A DNA stretch of 64,000 nucleotides from Christensenellaceae bacterium. Lineage in GTDB: Bacteria > Bacillota > Clostridia > Christensenellales > Borkfalkiaceae. The stretch is taken from contig JALEKY010000003.1 of the NCBI GenBank assembly GCA_022768945.1, positions 1,135 to 65,134 on the forward strand, written 5' to 3'. Position numbers and translations under genes: made by a program. Position 1 is the first letter of the stretch, and each line of letters begins with the position of its first letter. Below the pieces are notes generated by a model. That model was not told the origin of the DNA. It did no database searches and was given only the letters and a program-made list of their open reading frames with translations. Positions 1-8,943 of the stretch are shown here, one piece after another.

Positions 1-43
1 CGTCCTTACCAAGGACGCGCTCTACCGACTGAGCCATATCAGC
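1..43 (-). tRNA. tRNA-Thr (anticodon GGT), 5' part only; the 3' half lies beyond the window edge
   Basis: The reverse complement reads GCTGATA-TG-GCTC-AGTCGGTA-GAGC-G-CGTCC-TTGGTAA-GGACG. This gives an acceptor strand, a D arm and a complete anticodon arm with GGT at loop positions 34-36. Confidence 0.8.
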
Positions 44-137
44 AACCGTTCATATGCGTGGTAAACTCGCAAGAACGTTAATTATTATACAACAATATAT
101 AATTTAAGTCAAACATTTTTTGTCAAAAATGCTTATA

Positions 138-1070
138 TTATAAATTTTTTTTTGCTCTGAAGTTATTGTCTTCGAAAGAAACGAAAGCCGACTGCCTTTT
201 TTCGGTAACTCTCGAAAAGAACCTTTCGCTGTATCTCGACAGAATTTCGTCTTGTCCGAGATTTGTCGTTATAATCGTGTGCTTGTTTTTAAAAAGCCTT
301 TCGGAAACGAGCGCAAGCAGATATTCGACCGTGATTTTGTTATACATAGGTTCGGTGCCGAGGTCGTCTATAACGAGAAAATCGCACGAAATCAAAGCGG
401 ACATATAATCCGGGCGTTCGGAGTATGGCGTGAAGTGAATTTTTAAGAATTTTTCATTCAGTTCGGTTGCAGTCAGGAATACCGAAGAATATCCTTTTTT
501 CTGTAATTCGGAAGCGACTATCTGCGCAAGAAAAGTTTTCCCCGAACCGCATTTTCCAGAAAAAACAAAGTTGTGCGTTTTTGCGTCCGGAAAAAGATTG
601 ACGTACTCGCGCATTTTGTCGTAAATCTTTTTGAGCTTTCCGTCCGTTACTTTGTTGTCTGAAAAAGAGAGATTTTTAAGTGGGGAAAGATCTAAAGACG
701 AAAGAGCGAGTTTTGTGCGCATCGTTTGGAAGCACTCGCACGGTTTTCCGTTTACGTAACCCGTGTCCGAGCATTTTTCGCACTCGTAATGAGGAATAAA
801 CGTTTTTTCGTCTATTCTCAATTCTTTTAAGACTTGCGCGCGTTTTTTCTTTAATTTTTCGCTTTTGTTTCTGTAACTTTCGGCAGACGAAGGGTTTTCG
901 TCGAAAAGCTCGGCTTTTGCAAGCAGAAAGGTGGTTTCTTTAAGTTCTTTTTCCACTTGAGAAAAGGATGGAAAAGTCAGGGCGTTTTTATAGGCTTCTT
1001 CGGCGTTTCGTTCGGCAACGGCGCGCTTATCCGCATATTGTTTTTCGATTAGATCGATAAGTCCTTGCAT
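138..1070 (-). CDS. dnaI: primosomal helicase loader DnaI (DnaC/IstB-like AAA+ ATPase)
   Basis: 310 aa. It has an N-terminal Cys cluster CEKCSDTGYVNGKPCEC, Walker A GKCGSGKT and Walker B FLVIDDLG. It abuts the upstream DnaD-domain gene with a 1-nt gap, as in the Firmicutes dnaB-dnaI operon. Confidence 0.8.
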   Translation of the reverse strand: MQGLIDLIEKQYADKRAVAERNAEEAYKNALTFPSFSQVEKELKETTFLLAKAELFDENPSSAESYRNKSEKLKKKRAQVLKELRIDEKTFIPHYECEKCSDTGYVNGKPCECFQTMRTKLALSSLDLSPLKNLSFSDNKVTDGKLKKIYDKMREYVNLFPDAKTHNFVFSGKCGSGKTFLAQIVASELQKKGYSSVFLTATELNEKFLKIHFTPYSERPDYMSALISCDFLVIDDLGTEPMYNKITVEYLLALVSERLFKNKHTIITTNLGQDEILSRYSERFFSRVTEKRQSAFVSFEDNNFRAKKNL

Positions 1071-1071
1071 A

Positions 1072-2523
1072 TCAGATGTCTATATCGTCGACGTCCGTAA
1101 CGATAGCGTCGAGCTCCTCCTTTGTATAATTTCGCTGATTGGAAAAAACGAACGATTGATTTTTTTGCGAAGAATTTTTCGTTCCCGTATCCTTGTTTTT
1201 CGACGAATAGGCTTCGACATCTTCAATCGTAAAAAAGCCCTTGTTTTTCCAGTTGCTCAAAATGGAATTCATATAAACTATCGGGCTCGATTTGTTTGTC
1301 GAATAAACGGCGGCTTTTTCTATCATTTCGTCCGTAAAACCCCAACCGTGCCACGTTCTCAAATTCTGTCTGTCCCATTCGTTTGGTCTTCTCGATTGAC
1401 CGGTTATTTCAAGAATATTCCTTAAAAACTCGTCGTTTTTTGAAATTTCTTTAAAGTATTCCACTATGCTGTCGAAGTCCACTATACCTTTTTGATGAAG
1501 ATTTTCAAGCGTTTTATCCATACTTTCGAGGTTTCTTCTGCCGCGCTTGAAACAGTAGTTTGCAACCAGCAAAAGCGCGTCTTCGTTAAAACCGAGGCTT
1601 AGCCATCTCGTGGTGTAATTGTCTACGACGGGATCTAGAACTTCGCAATAAACCGAAAGTTCCTTGTTGATCTTCGCGGCGAGCTCGAAAGCGTATTTTT
1701 TGCTTTTCGAGAACTCCGTAATCTCTTTTACCGAGAAAATCTTGCCGGCGTAAAGTTCGCCCATAAGCTCGTCGAGCTTCTTTATGCTGCCGCGCTTGAT
1801 AGTGGAAGCCGCCGCGATTATCGCGGATAGGTCGAATCCCATTTCGCCCGTCCATTTGGAAAAAAGCTTTACGTCTTCGATTTCAGGTCTTCTCGTTTGC
1901 TTCAGCGCGGAAAGAATCTGTGTGATTTCGTTGCTTCTTACAATGTAGTTTTCAAGCTCTTTTTCAACTTTTTCGGGGGTGGTTATCCCGCGCGAAGCGA
2001 AATCTTTGGCTACGGTCGAAACGTACTTATAACCGATGTCGTCTCCTTTTATATCCACGCAATACTGAACGATCATAAGCATCGCTTCCTGTTTGATGCC
2101 GTAGTCCTCGATAAGTTTGAAGTATTCGGAGTATTCGTTGGTGGAAATCATTCTTCCGGAAATTATTTTTTGAACGGAGTGGTTGAATTCCGTGTATTTT
2201 TCCGCATTGATTTTTCTCGGTTTTGCGCCCGTGTATCCTATCGGAAGATAGTTTACCATGAACGGATCTTCGGAGATTATGTCGAGAACCCCGAATTCTT
2301 CCCAATATTTAAAAATATCCGCCACTGATTTTTCGGTTTCTCCGAGAGCCTCCGCCATTTCCTTAAGCGAAAACTGTTCGGATTTCTGGCACAGGTAAAG
2401 TCCGTAAAGATAGATTTTAACCGATTTTTCGTTAGCTTCGGGCATATACGCGTATATAAAAACGTTTTCGACGCTTGTGAACGCCGTAGTGTTGTATTCT
2501 TTAGAGAATGTACAAAAAGCCAT
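1072..2523 (-). CDS. DnaD-domain replication initiation / membrane attachment protein (Bacillus DnaB type)
   Basis: 483 aa with repeated DnaD-like helical modules. Its size and its position directly upstream of dnaI match the Bacillus-type primosome operon. Confidence 0.7.
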   Translation of the reverse strand: MAFCTFSKEYNTTAFTSVENVFIYAYMPEANEKSVKIYLYGLYLCQKSEQFSLKEMAEALGETEKSVADIFKYWEEFGVLDIISEDPFMVNYLPIGYTGAKPRKINAEKYTEFNHSVQKIISGRMISTNEYSEYFKLIEDYGIKQEAMLMIVQYCVDIKGDDIGYKYVSTVAKDFASRGITTPEKVEKELENYIVRSNEITQILSALKQTRRPEIEDVKLFSKWTGEMGFDLSAIIAAASTIKRGSIKKLDELMGELYAGKIFSVKEITEFSKSKKYAFELAAKINKELSVYCEVLDPVVDNYTTRWLSLGFNEDALLLVANYCFKRGRRNLESMDKTLENLHQKGIVDFDSIVEYFKEISKNDEFLRNILEITGQSRRPNEWDRQNLRTWHGWGFTDEMIEKAAVYSTNKSSPIVYMNSILSNWKNKGFFTIEDVEAYSSKNKDTGTKNSSQKNQSFVFSNQRNYTKEELDAIVTDVDDIDI

Positions 2524-2639
2524 TTTTTCCCCGGTCTTAAATAAATTGATTTTTATCGTAAAGTGTAGTATAATTATTCCGTAAATCGCTTAAACGGAAC
2601 GACAGATAAAACGCCCGTTAATAATTTCGATTTTCGAGA

Positions 2640-2660
2640 GTTAGTATATAATATACTAAC
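2640..2660. promoter_or_regulatory. perfect 10-1-10 palindrome GTTAGTATAT-A-ATATACTAAC; candidate operator in a divergent promoter region
   Basis: The two arms are exact reverse complements. The site lies between the divergent replication-initiator operon (-) and sbcDC (+). Confidence 0.4.
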
Positions 2661-2758
2661 GGCGCGAAAAAATCAAGTCATTTCGGGAAAGATTTATCAA
2701 AATACAAAATGTTGTGCGTCAAACGCGCTTTGTTAACTAAATTTATCAGGAAAGATAG

Positions 2759-3955
2759 ATGAGGATTCTTCATACTTCCGATTGGCATATCGGTAAAAAA
2801 ACAGAAAACTTTGAAAGATTGCCCGAGCAGAGGGAAGTTCTTGACGAAATCGCCTCCGTTGCCGACGCAGAAAACGTAGAACTTATAATCGTTGCAGGTG
2901 ACGTGTTCGATACTTTCATTCCGAGCGCCGAAGCAGAGCAGACTTTTTTCGACAAAATTCGACTGCTTTCGGAAAAACGTCCGGTCGTTATAATTCCGGG
3001 CAATCACGACGACGCGACGAGATTATGCGCTTCCTCGGCATTCGCCGGAAAAAACAACGTTTTCTTTTTCGAGAACGTAAACGAAGATTCAAATGCCCCT
3101 TTTGTCGTTAATAGCATAGACTCCGTTTCGTCAGATAATTCGGCGGCAAAGCTTATCGGCAGCGGCTGCGGATACGCGATTTTCGAAAACAATAAGGGAG
3201 AAAAAACGTATATAGGCGCGCTCGCTTACCCGACGGAAGCCCGCTTTAAGGAAAAATCGTCGGGCGAAAGTTATTCGGAAAGAATATGCGGTTGGCTTAA
3301 CAAGGCAATGGATGGGAACGTAGATAAACTCCCGTCAGTGCTCGTTTCGCACGTTTTCACTGTCGGAGGACAGACTACGGACGGCGAAAGGGAAATTTCC
3401 CTCGGAGGGGCGAAAGCGGTAGATCCGTCCGTTTTTCCGGAATGCGACTACGTTGCGCTCGGGCATTTGCATAAACGTCAGGTCGTATCTAAAAGCCGCA
3501 AAGCAATTTACAGCGGTTCGATTTTGCAGTATTCGTTCGACGAGATAAACGTGGAAAAATCGGTGACGGTCTTTGATTTGACAAAAAACGGCGTCGAAAA
3601 TCTCAAGATCGTTCCGCTAACCAAGGGCAAAAAGCTCGCGAAAATTTCATGCGCTTCGGTTGAGGATTGCGCTAAAATACTTCCCGGATATAGGGACTAT
3701 CTCGTCGAGCTTACGCTTAAACTCGTCAGCCCTCTGACGCGTGACGAAAATGTCTATCTTCGCGGTGAGTTTCCGCAAATTATCTCTTTGAAACTCGAGT
3801 TTTCGGGCAGCGACGAACACGTTAAAAAGGGCAGAAAGGAGCTTTCGGACGAGCAACTTTTTAACGAGTGTTATAAAAAGAAGTACGGCGCGTATCCGGA
3901 CGATAAATTAAAAGAGCTGTTTTTATCGCTCATGGCTGAAATAGACGAAAGCTGA
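2759..3955 (+). CDS. sbcD: exonuclease SbcCD, nuclease subunit D (Mre11-type metallophosphoesterase)
   Basis: 398 aa. It has the N-terminal MRILHTSDWHIGK motif, plus GDVFD, GNHD and GHLH phosphoesterase motifs. It lies upstream of sbcC. Confidence 0.85.
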   Translation: MRILHTSDWHIGKKTENFERLPEQREVLDEIASVADAENVELIIVAGDVFDTFIPSAEAEQTFFDKIRLLSEKRPVVIIPGNHDDATRLCASSAFAGKNNVFFFENVNEDSNAPFVVNSIDSVSSDNSAAKLIGSGCGYAIFENNKGEKTYIGALAYPTEARFKEKSSGESYSERICGWLNKAMDGNVDKLPSVLVSHVFTVGGQTTDGEREISLGGAKAVDPSVFPECDYVALGHLHKRQVVSKSRKAIYSGSILQYSFDEINVEKSVTVFDLTKNGVENLKIVPLTKGKKLAKISCASVEDCAKILPGYRDYLVELTLKLVSPLTRDENVYLRGEFPQIISLKLEFSGSDEHVKKGRKELSDEQLFNECYKKKYGAYPDDKLKELFLSLMAEIDES

Positions 3956-4018
3956 AAATACAGTAACCACTAAAGAATGCGTGCGATTTTGGTCGTTACA
4001 CTTAAAAATAGGATAGAA

Positions 4019-6676
4019 ATGAAACCGTTATATCTTGAATTTAAAGGAATAAACAGTTTTTCAGAAAAAACGGAAATAGACTTTTCAAAGCTTTGCGAGG
4101 AAGGTCTTTTCGGCATATTCGGAAAAACGGGAAGCGGTAAATCGACGATTCTCGATTGTATAATGTACGCGCTTTTTTCGAAAACTTCCCGAAAGCAAAC
4201 TCTTAAAGAATACTTGAACGACAAATCGAACGACGCGTATATTAAATTCGTTTTCGAGGTTATGACGAGCGGCGTTCATAAAACGTACAAGGTCAATAAA
4301 ACGTTGAAACTTAACAAACGCGGAAGTATCGATACGTCTGCTGAAATGTTCGAAATCAAAGGCGAAGACGTAATTCCTCTTTGCGAGGGGGAGAGGGTTA
4401 ACGAAAAGGTAAAAGAGATTATCGGCATCGGTTACGACGAATTTGCGCGTTGTATCGTTTTGCCGCAGAACGAATTCGCCGCTTTCGTGAAATCTTCGAG
4501 GGCGGAAAGATTTTCGAGCGTTTCCAAACTTTTCGGGCTTGAAAAATACGATATTCTTCTCGGTAAAAAACTGAAAGAGAGGATTGCTTTAACGCAGAAC
4601 GAGCTTGCGGGTGTAAACGGAGAACTAAAGTCTTACGAACAGTTTACAAAAGAGTACTTAGACGAAAAGAGGGGACTTCTCGAAGCCGAAAAAGCCCGTA
4701 AATCGGCTATTATCGACAGATTAAAAGCTGTAGAAGAAAAGTTGAAGAAAGACGAAGAATTGTATTCCGATAAAAAGAAATATATCAAAAACGAGGAAGT
4801 CGTTGCCGAGTTGAAAAACAAGGAACAGTGGATTTCTCTGAAAAAAGACGCTCTTTCAAAGTGTGAAAACGCTCTTTCGGTCATTTCTTCGTTCGAAGAA
4901 TTAAAAAAAGCTCAAGGAGAATTGTCGGATTATAATAAAAAATCGGAAGAGCTTTCCGTCTCGATTTCCGATACCGAAAAGGCATTGAATTCGATAATCG
5001 AAGAAGAGAAAAACGTTTCTTTAAACGAACTCGAAAAGTATATCTCCGCTCAGGCGATTTTAAGCGCGAATATGTCGGTGGTCAATAAAACGGACGATTT
5101 ACGTAACGATTACAAAAAAACGAACGACAGTATGATTTCGGAAAGAAAAACTCTTTCGAGTACGGACGAAAAGATAAAGAACATAGAGGAAGAACTTAAT
5201 AAAGTCGGATCTCCCGAAAAAGAATTCGTTTCTCTTATTGGCAGAATAGGGGCGTTTTCACTCAAAGAAGAACTCGTTTCGGAAAAGGAATATTTCGACG
5301 AAAAACTTCATATAGTTTCGGATTACACGGGCAGTGATTTCGGTAAAGCCGTTTTTGATGAAATTTATAGAAAATCCGTCGAGATTTCGGCGCGGATAAA
5401 TTCGATAGATTTGCCCGAAACGGACGTAATCGCAGTTTCGGAAAGAATAGAAAAAATACGCGTCGCAACGGCGAAGGTGAACGATTTAAACTTAACAATT
5501 AACGATTTACGTGAGAAAAGGGCGGCTTCTTTGCAAAAAACGGAGTTTTTAAAAAAGGAGCTCGAAAGGCTTGCCGACGAAGGGTTAAAGTGTAAAGCGA
5601 CATTAGACGGCGTTGAAAACAAAACCGGATACAACGTTCGAACCAAAGAAAAAGCGTCTGCCGCGTTAAAAGAGGTAAACGATAAAATTACGGAAATCAA
5701 AAAGAAAACGGAAAGGATAGCCGAGAGAAAATCTTCCGAGGAAAAGAAATTAACGAATTACAAAAACGACCTTTCTGTTTGCGAGGGAAAGAAAGCCGCG
5801 CTTAGGGAAAAGATAGCCTTTCTTTCTAAGAAAGCCGAAGAAACTCTTTTGCAGTCCAAATTTACTTCCGAGGAAGAAGCGAAGGTTTATGCGCTTGACG
5901 AAAAAACTCTTTCGTTGTATAATAAAGAAATTAAGGAATTCGATGAAAAAAGATCTGAGGCCCTTGCTTTTAAGAGTATGCTTGATAAACTTTTTGCCGT
6001 TTGTCCGTTTGACGAAAAAGGATACGAGGCTTTGCTTGTCGAAAAAGACGAGCTTGCGGAAAAATCGAAAGTCGTTTCAGAGAACGTCGCCGTCTTTTCC
6101 AAAGAGTATAACGACGCCGTTAAGGGCTTTGAAAAGTGCGGTGAAATCAGACTCAAGCGTGACGAAATCGCGGCGAAAGCAGAGCTTTTAAATAAGCTTA
6201 GCGACGTTCTTTACGGCAGAAATCTTCTGGAATTTATAGCGGAGGAATATCTGTCCGAAATTTCGTATAACGCTTCGAGAACTTTGCTTTTACTTACTTC
6301 CGGGCGATACGACCTTGTTTACGACGGAGAGTTTTTCGTTTCGGATAACCTGAATTGCGGAAACAAACGCCCGGTCTCCACATTGTCCGGCGGGGAAACT
6401 TTTTTGGTTTCGTTGTCGCTTGCTTTGTCTCTGTCTCAGGCTATTTGCGAAAAGACAAACAAACCGGTGGAATTTTTCTTCCTCGACGAGGGGTTCGGAA
6501 CTCTCGACGAAGATCTTATCGAAGTCGTTCTGGACAGCCTCGATAAACTCAGGAGCTCGAATTTTACGATCGGGCTTATATCTCACGTAGTGGAATTGAA
6601 ACAGCGAATTCAATCGAAAATACTCGTTTCACCCGCAACGGCTTCTCACGGTTCGACTGCGGAAATCGTTTGTTAG
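4019..6676 (+). CDS. sbcC: exonuclease SbcCD, ATPase subunit C (Rad50/SMC-like)
   Basis: I moved the start to MKPLYLEFKGINSF (ATG 4019). It has Walker A GKTGSGKST, a long Lys/Glu-rich coiled coil, the signature LSGGETFLVSLSLAL and Walker B/D-loop FFLDEGFGTLD. Confidence 0.85.
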   Translation: MKPLYLEFKGINSFSEKTEIDFSKLCEEGLFGIFGKTGSGKSTILDCIMYALFSKTSRKQTLKEYLNDKSNDAYIKFVFEVMTSGVHKTYKVNKTLKLNKRGSIDTSAEMFEIKGEDVIPLCEGERVNEKVKEIIGIGYDEFARCIVLPQNEFAAFVKSSRAERFSSVSKLFGLEKYDILLGKKLKERIALTQNELAGVNGELKSYEQFTKEYLDEKRGLLEAEKARKSAIIDRLKAVEEKLKKDEELYSDKKKYIKNEEVVAELKNKEQWISLKKDALSKCENALSVISSFEELKKAQGELSDYNKKSEELSVSISDTEKALNSIIEEEKNVSLNELEKYISAQAILSANMSVVNKTDDLRNDYKKTNDSMISERKTLSSTDEKIKNIEEELNKVGSPEKEFVSLIGRIGAFSLKEELVSEKEYFDEKLHIVSDYTGSDFGKAVFDEIYRKSVEISARINSIDLPETDVIAVSERIEKIRVATAKVNDLNLTINDLREKRAASLQKTEFLKKELERLADEGLKCKATLDGVENKTGYNVRTKEKASAALKEVNDKITEIKKKTERIAERKSSEEKKLTNYKNDLSVCEGKKAALREKIAFLSKKAEETLLQSKFTSEEEAKVYALDEKTLSLYNKEIKEFDEKRSEALAFKSMLDKLFAVCPFDEKGYEALLVEKDELAEKSKVVSENVAVFSKEYNDAVKGFEKCGEIRLKRDEIAAKAELLNKLSDVLYGRNLLEFIAEEYLSEISYNASRTLLLLTSGRYDLVYDGEFFVSDNLNCGNKRPVSTLSGGETFLVSLSLALSLSQAICEKTNKPVEFFFLDEGFGTLDEDLIEVVLDSLDKLRSSNFTIGLISHVVELKQRIQSKILVSPATASHGSTAEIVC

Positions 6677-6766
6677 AGAGTTAAATTCGCTTTAACCGCC
6701 TTTTTCACACATTATCCGCGTGTTTTTAGGATAATCGACGATTACTTCATATAAAAGGAACGTATT

Positions 6767-8440
6767 ATGATTGCAAATCCAATTTATACCCCGCTTACGT
6801 TATATAACGATTTTTCGGCAGATTTGCCTCTTCGAGACAGTATTGTCAGCGACGAGCGCGTTGAGGACGTTGTGTATAACGAGGTGTATTTCAACGGAAG
6901 AGAAACCTCCGAGGGGAGGGTTTTGATATACGGAATTCTGGCTCGTCATTCGGACGGAAAAAAGCATAGCGCCATACTCATTATTCCGGATTACGAGGAT
7001 AAAACGGATATTCAGCTTATGAATATTTACGTTCGGCTCGGTTATGACGTTCTTCTTATCGATTACAAAGGCGAAACGGAAACTTCGGACAATTATACAA
7101 ATTACCCGAGCGACATTAAATACGCAAACCTTAAATACTCGGAATTTCATCTCGATAAAGTTCTGAAGACGGCGAGGGAAACCTGCCGCTACGAGTGGAC
7201 GTGCGTGGCTTCTTATGCGGTAAGCTTTTTGAAGGCTCGTCTCGAAACGAACAAAATAGGCGTACTCGGCGTTAAATACGGCGCGGAAATCATGTGGCAC
7301 CTTGTTTCTATGGATAACAGAATTACCTGCGCGGTTGCTCTTTTCGGCGCGGGTTGGCGAGCGTATAAGGGCATCGATAAGTTTTCGTCGTTGAGAATGG
7401 GCGAGATAGACGAAGAGCGCATTAGATATATCGCGGGCGTTGATTCTCATTCTTTCGCGCCGTACTGCAAATGCCCGGTCGCGTTGTTGACTTCCACGAA
7501 TTCAGCAGAGTTCGACGCCGACCGCGCGCACGATACGATACGCAGAGTTAATCCGAAAGAGGATACGTTATTTTGCCTTTCCCCGAGAATGAAGGACGCG
7601 CTCGATATAAACTGTACGAGAAATTCAGAGTTGTTTTTCGGCGCGTTTCTTTCCGGCCAGAGAATAGTAAGACCTTCCGAACCGCAGCTCTCTTTTAAGA
7701 GTATACCGGGAGGAGTTCGTGTGGAGGCTTCGGTCGGGAACGAAGTAAAAACGAGAAACGTAAGGATTTATCTGTGCGAAAATCAAACGATTTCGTCATG
7801 GAGGAATTGGGTTTTACTCAACGCTTCTTACGAAAACGACAAGTACGTGGCTGAGTACACGTGCGTTAACGGCGGGGGAATAGTGTTTGCTTTCGTCGTT
7901 GCCGAGTACAGAAACGGGATAACGGTTTCGACGGGTATTATTCCATATAAGTGCCCTGTTTCCGACATTATCCGCACAAATCTTATTTACAGCAATGCCG
8001 AGGGTATAGGCGATTTCGTGTGCGATACCGATCCGAAAGATATGATTGCGAACGTGCTTTATTATAAGAACAGCCCTCTTGTCGTAAAGAGGGGACCTAC
8101 TAACATAAGCGGCGTTTCTTCGAAGAGCGGATTGATTTCTTATAAGCCTAACGAAAAATGCGTACAGGTAAAGGCGGATTCTATTTTTAAACTCGACGTG
8201 TATTGCAACTCACCGGTTACGCTGTGCGCTACGATAGGAGTTTCTATTGGCAAAGATAACGAACAGACGTATACCTGTTCGGTCGACGTGCCCGAAGGCG
8301 AAGTCTGGCAGAACGTGGTTCTTAATCTTAAAGATTTTAAATCTCGTGACGGTAAGCTTATAACCGATTACGACGAAGTGGTTTATATCGGTTTTAAGTC
8401 CGACGGGCTTTTTGCCGTAAACAACGTGTTGTTTCTGTAA
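6767..8440 (+). CDS. hypothetical protein: N-terminal alpha/beta-hydrolase-like region plus a C-terminal beta-rich region
   Basis: 557 aa. The N-terminal third resembles esterase/dienelactone-hydrolase folds (ILIIPDYED strand, NKIGVLGVKYGAEIMW elbow-like segment). No canonical GxSxG is seen. The C-terminal half is unassigned. Confidence 0.4.
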   Translation: MIANPIYTPLTLYNDFSADLPLRDSIVSDERVEDVVYNEVYFNGRETSEGRVLIYGILARHSDGKKHSAILIIPDYEDKTDIQLMNIYVRLGYDVLLIDYKGETETSDNYTNYPSDIKYANLKYSEFHLDKVLKTARETCRYEWTCVASYAVSFLKARLETNKIGVLGVKYGAEIMWHLVSMDNRITCAVALFGAGWRAYKGIDKFSSLRMGEIDEERIRYIAGVDSHSFAPYCKCPVALLTSTNSAEFDADRAHDTIRRVNPKEDTLFCLSPRMKDALDINCTRNSELFFGAFLSGQRIVRPSEPQLSFKSIPGGVRVEASVGNEVKTRNVRIYLCENQTISSWRNWVLLNASYENDKYVAEYTCVNGGGIVFAFVVAEYRNGITVSTGIIPYKCPVSDIIRTNLIYSNAEGIGDFVCDTDPKDMIANVLYYKNSPLVVKRGPTNISGVSSKSGLISYKPNEKCVQVKADSIFKLDVYCNSPVTLCATIGVSIGKDNEQTYTCSVDVPEGEVWQNVVLNLKDFKSRDGKLITDYDEVVYIGFKSDGLFAVNNVLFL

Positions 8441-8467
8441 AAGTCGTAAATTCATAATCGTTTTTTG

Positions 8468-8498
8468 CGCTTCGGCATTTTTTGCCGGAGCGTGTTTT
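8468..8498 (+). terminator. intrinsic terminator after the 557-aa gene
   Basis: A 9-bp stem CGCTTCGGC/GCCGGAGCG (one G-U pair) with loop ATTTTTT is followed by TGTTTTGT. Confidence 0.6.
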
Positions 8499-8575
8499 GT
8501 ATAAAGAAAAAGAGTTTTTTGCGCCTTGGCGAAAACTATTGACTGTTATAATACAATGTGTCATAATATCTTGCG

Positions 8576-8815
8576 TTGAAGAAAAGGGAAGACTCGGCGC
8601 ATACCCCCTTTTACGAGCAAAGCGTTCTCGATATGGAAATTCCGGATAGCGGAGACGGCTTCGTCCTTTCTGTGGACTATGCTTCGAGCCGTTATGAAGA
8701 CGCGACCATAGAGAGTTTTCGCAAGTTGTTTGTACGCATTGCGTACTTGCTTGTTTATACCGCCGCGGACGAATATATTACGGTAGAACAGCTGCATGGC
8801 GAAGCGGAAATATAA
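8576..8815 (+). pseudogene. possible gene remnant: 79-codon ORF resembling the C-terminal end of a condensation/acyltransferase-type domain
   Basis: The segment FVLSVDYASSRYEDATIESFRKLFVRIAYLL resembles the last motif of NRPS-type condensation domains. It has a TTG start and no upstream domain. TTGACT-17-CATAAT lies at 8539-8567. Confidence 0.25.
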
Positions 8816-8943
8816 TTAGAGGCGAAGCATTGAATCCCTGCCTGCCAAAGAAGAAAAATTGGCAATAAATGCGATTACCTTTAAATAAATACTTTATTTA
8901 TTTTAAAAAATATGGTAGAATAGGTGATAATAGGAGCTTTTTT

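Noticed and set aside
1-2523. A tRNA followed by DnaC-like and DnaD-like genes, considered as the edge of a prophage or ICE replication module.
   Set aside because: The sizes (310 and 483 aa), the DnaI zinc module and the tight dnaB-dnaI pairing match the chromosomal Firmicutes primosome operon. No integrase, repressor or att-like repeat is visible.
3977-4018. N-terminal extensions in the supplied ORF track. These occur at sbcC 3977, lepB 8869, upp 17208, galU 18007, the small YjzC-like gene to 23968, pepF2 to 32616, the lipoprotein 38707, MBL 40849, rplU 45909, the carboxyltransferase 46795 and ispH 54812.
   Set aside because: In each case an internal start codon with a proper Shine-Dalgarno gives the conserved family N-terminus. 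The upstream extension overlaps promoters, leaders or the preceding gene.
2759-8440. SbcD, SbcC and an unknown 557-aa protein, considered as an SMC-type defence system (Lamassu/Wadjet/Gabija-like).
   Set aside because: The motifs are canonical SbcCD. The third gene is separated by its own RBS and terminator context and looks esterase-like, not nuclease or effector-like. No other defence hallmarks are present.
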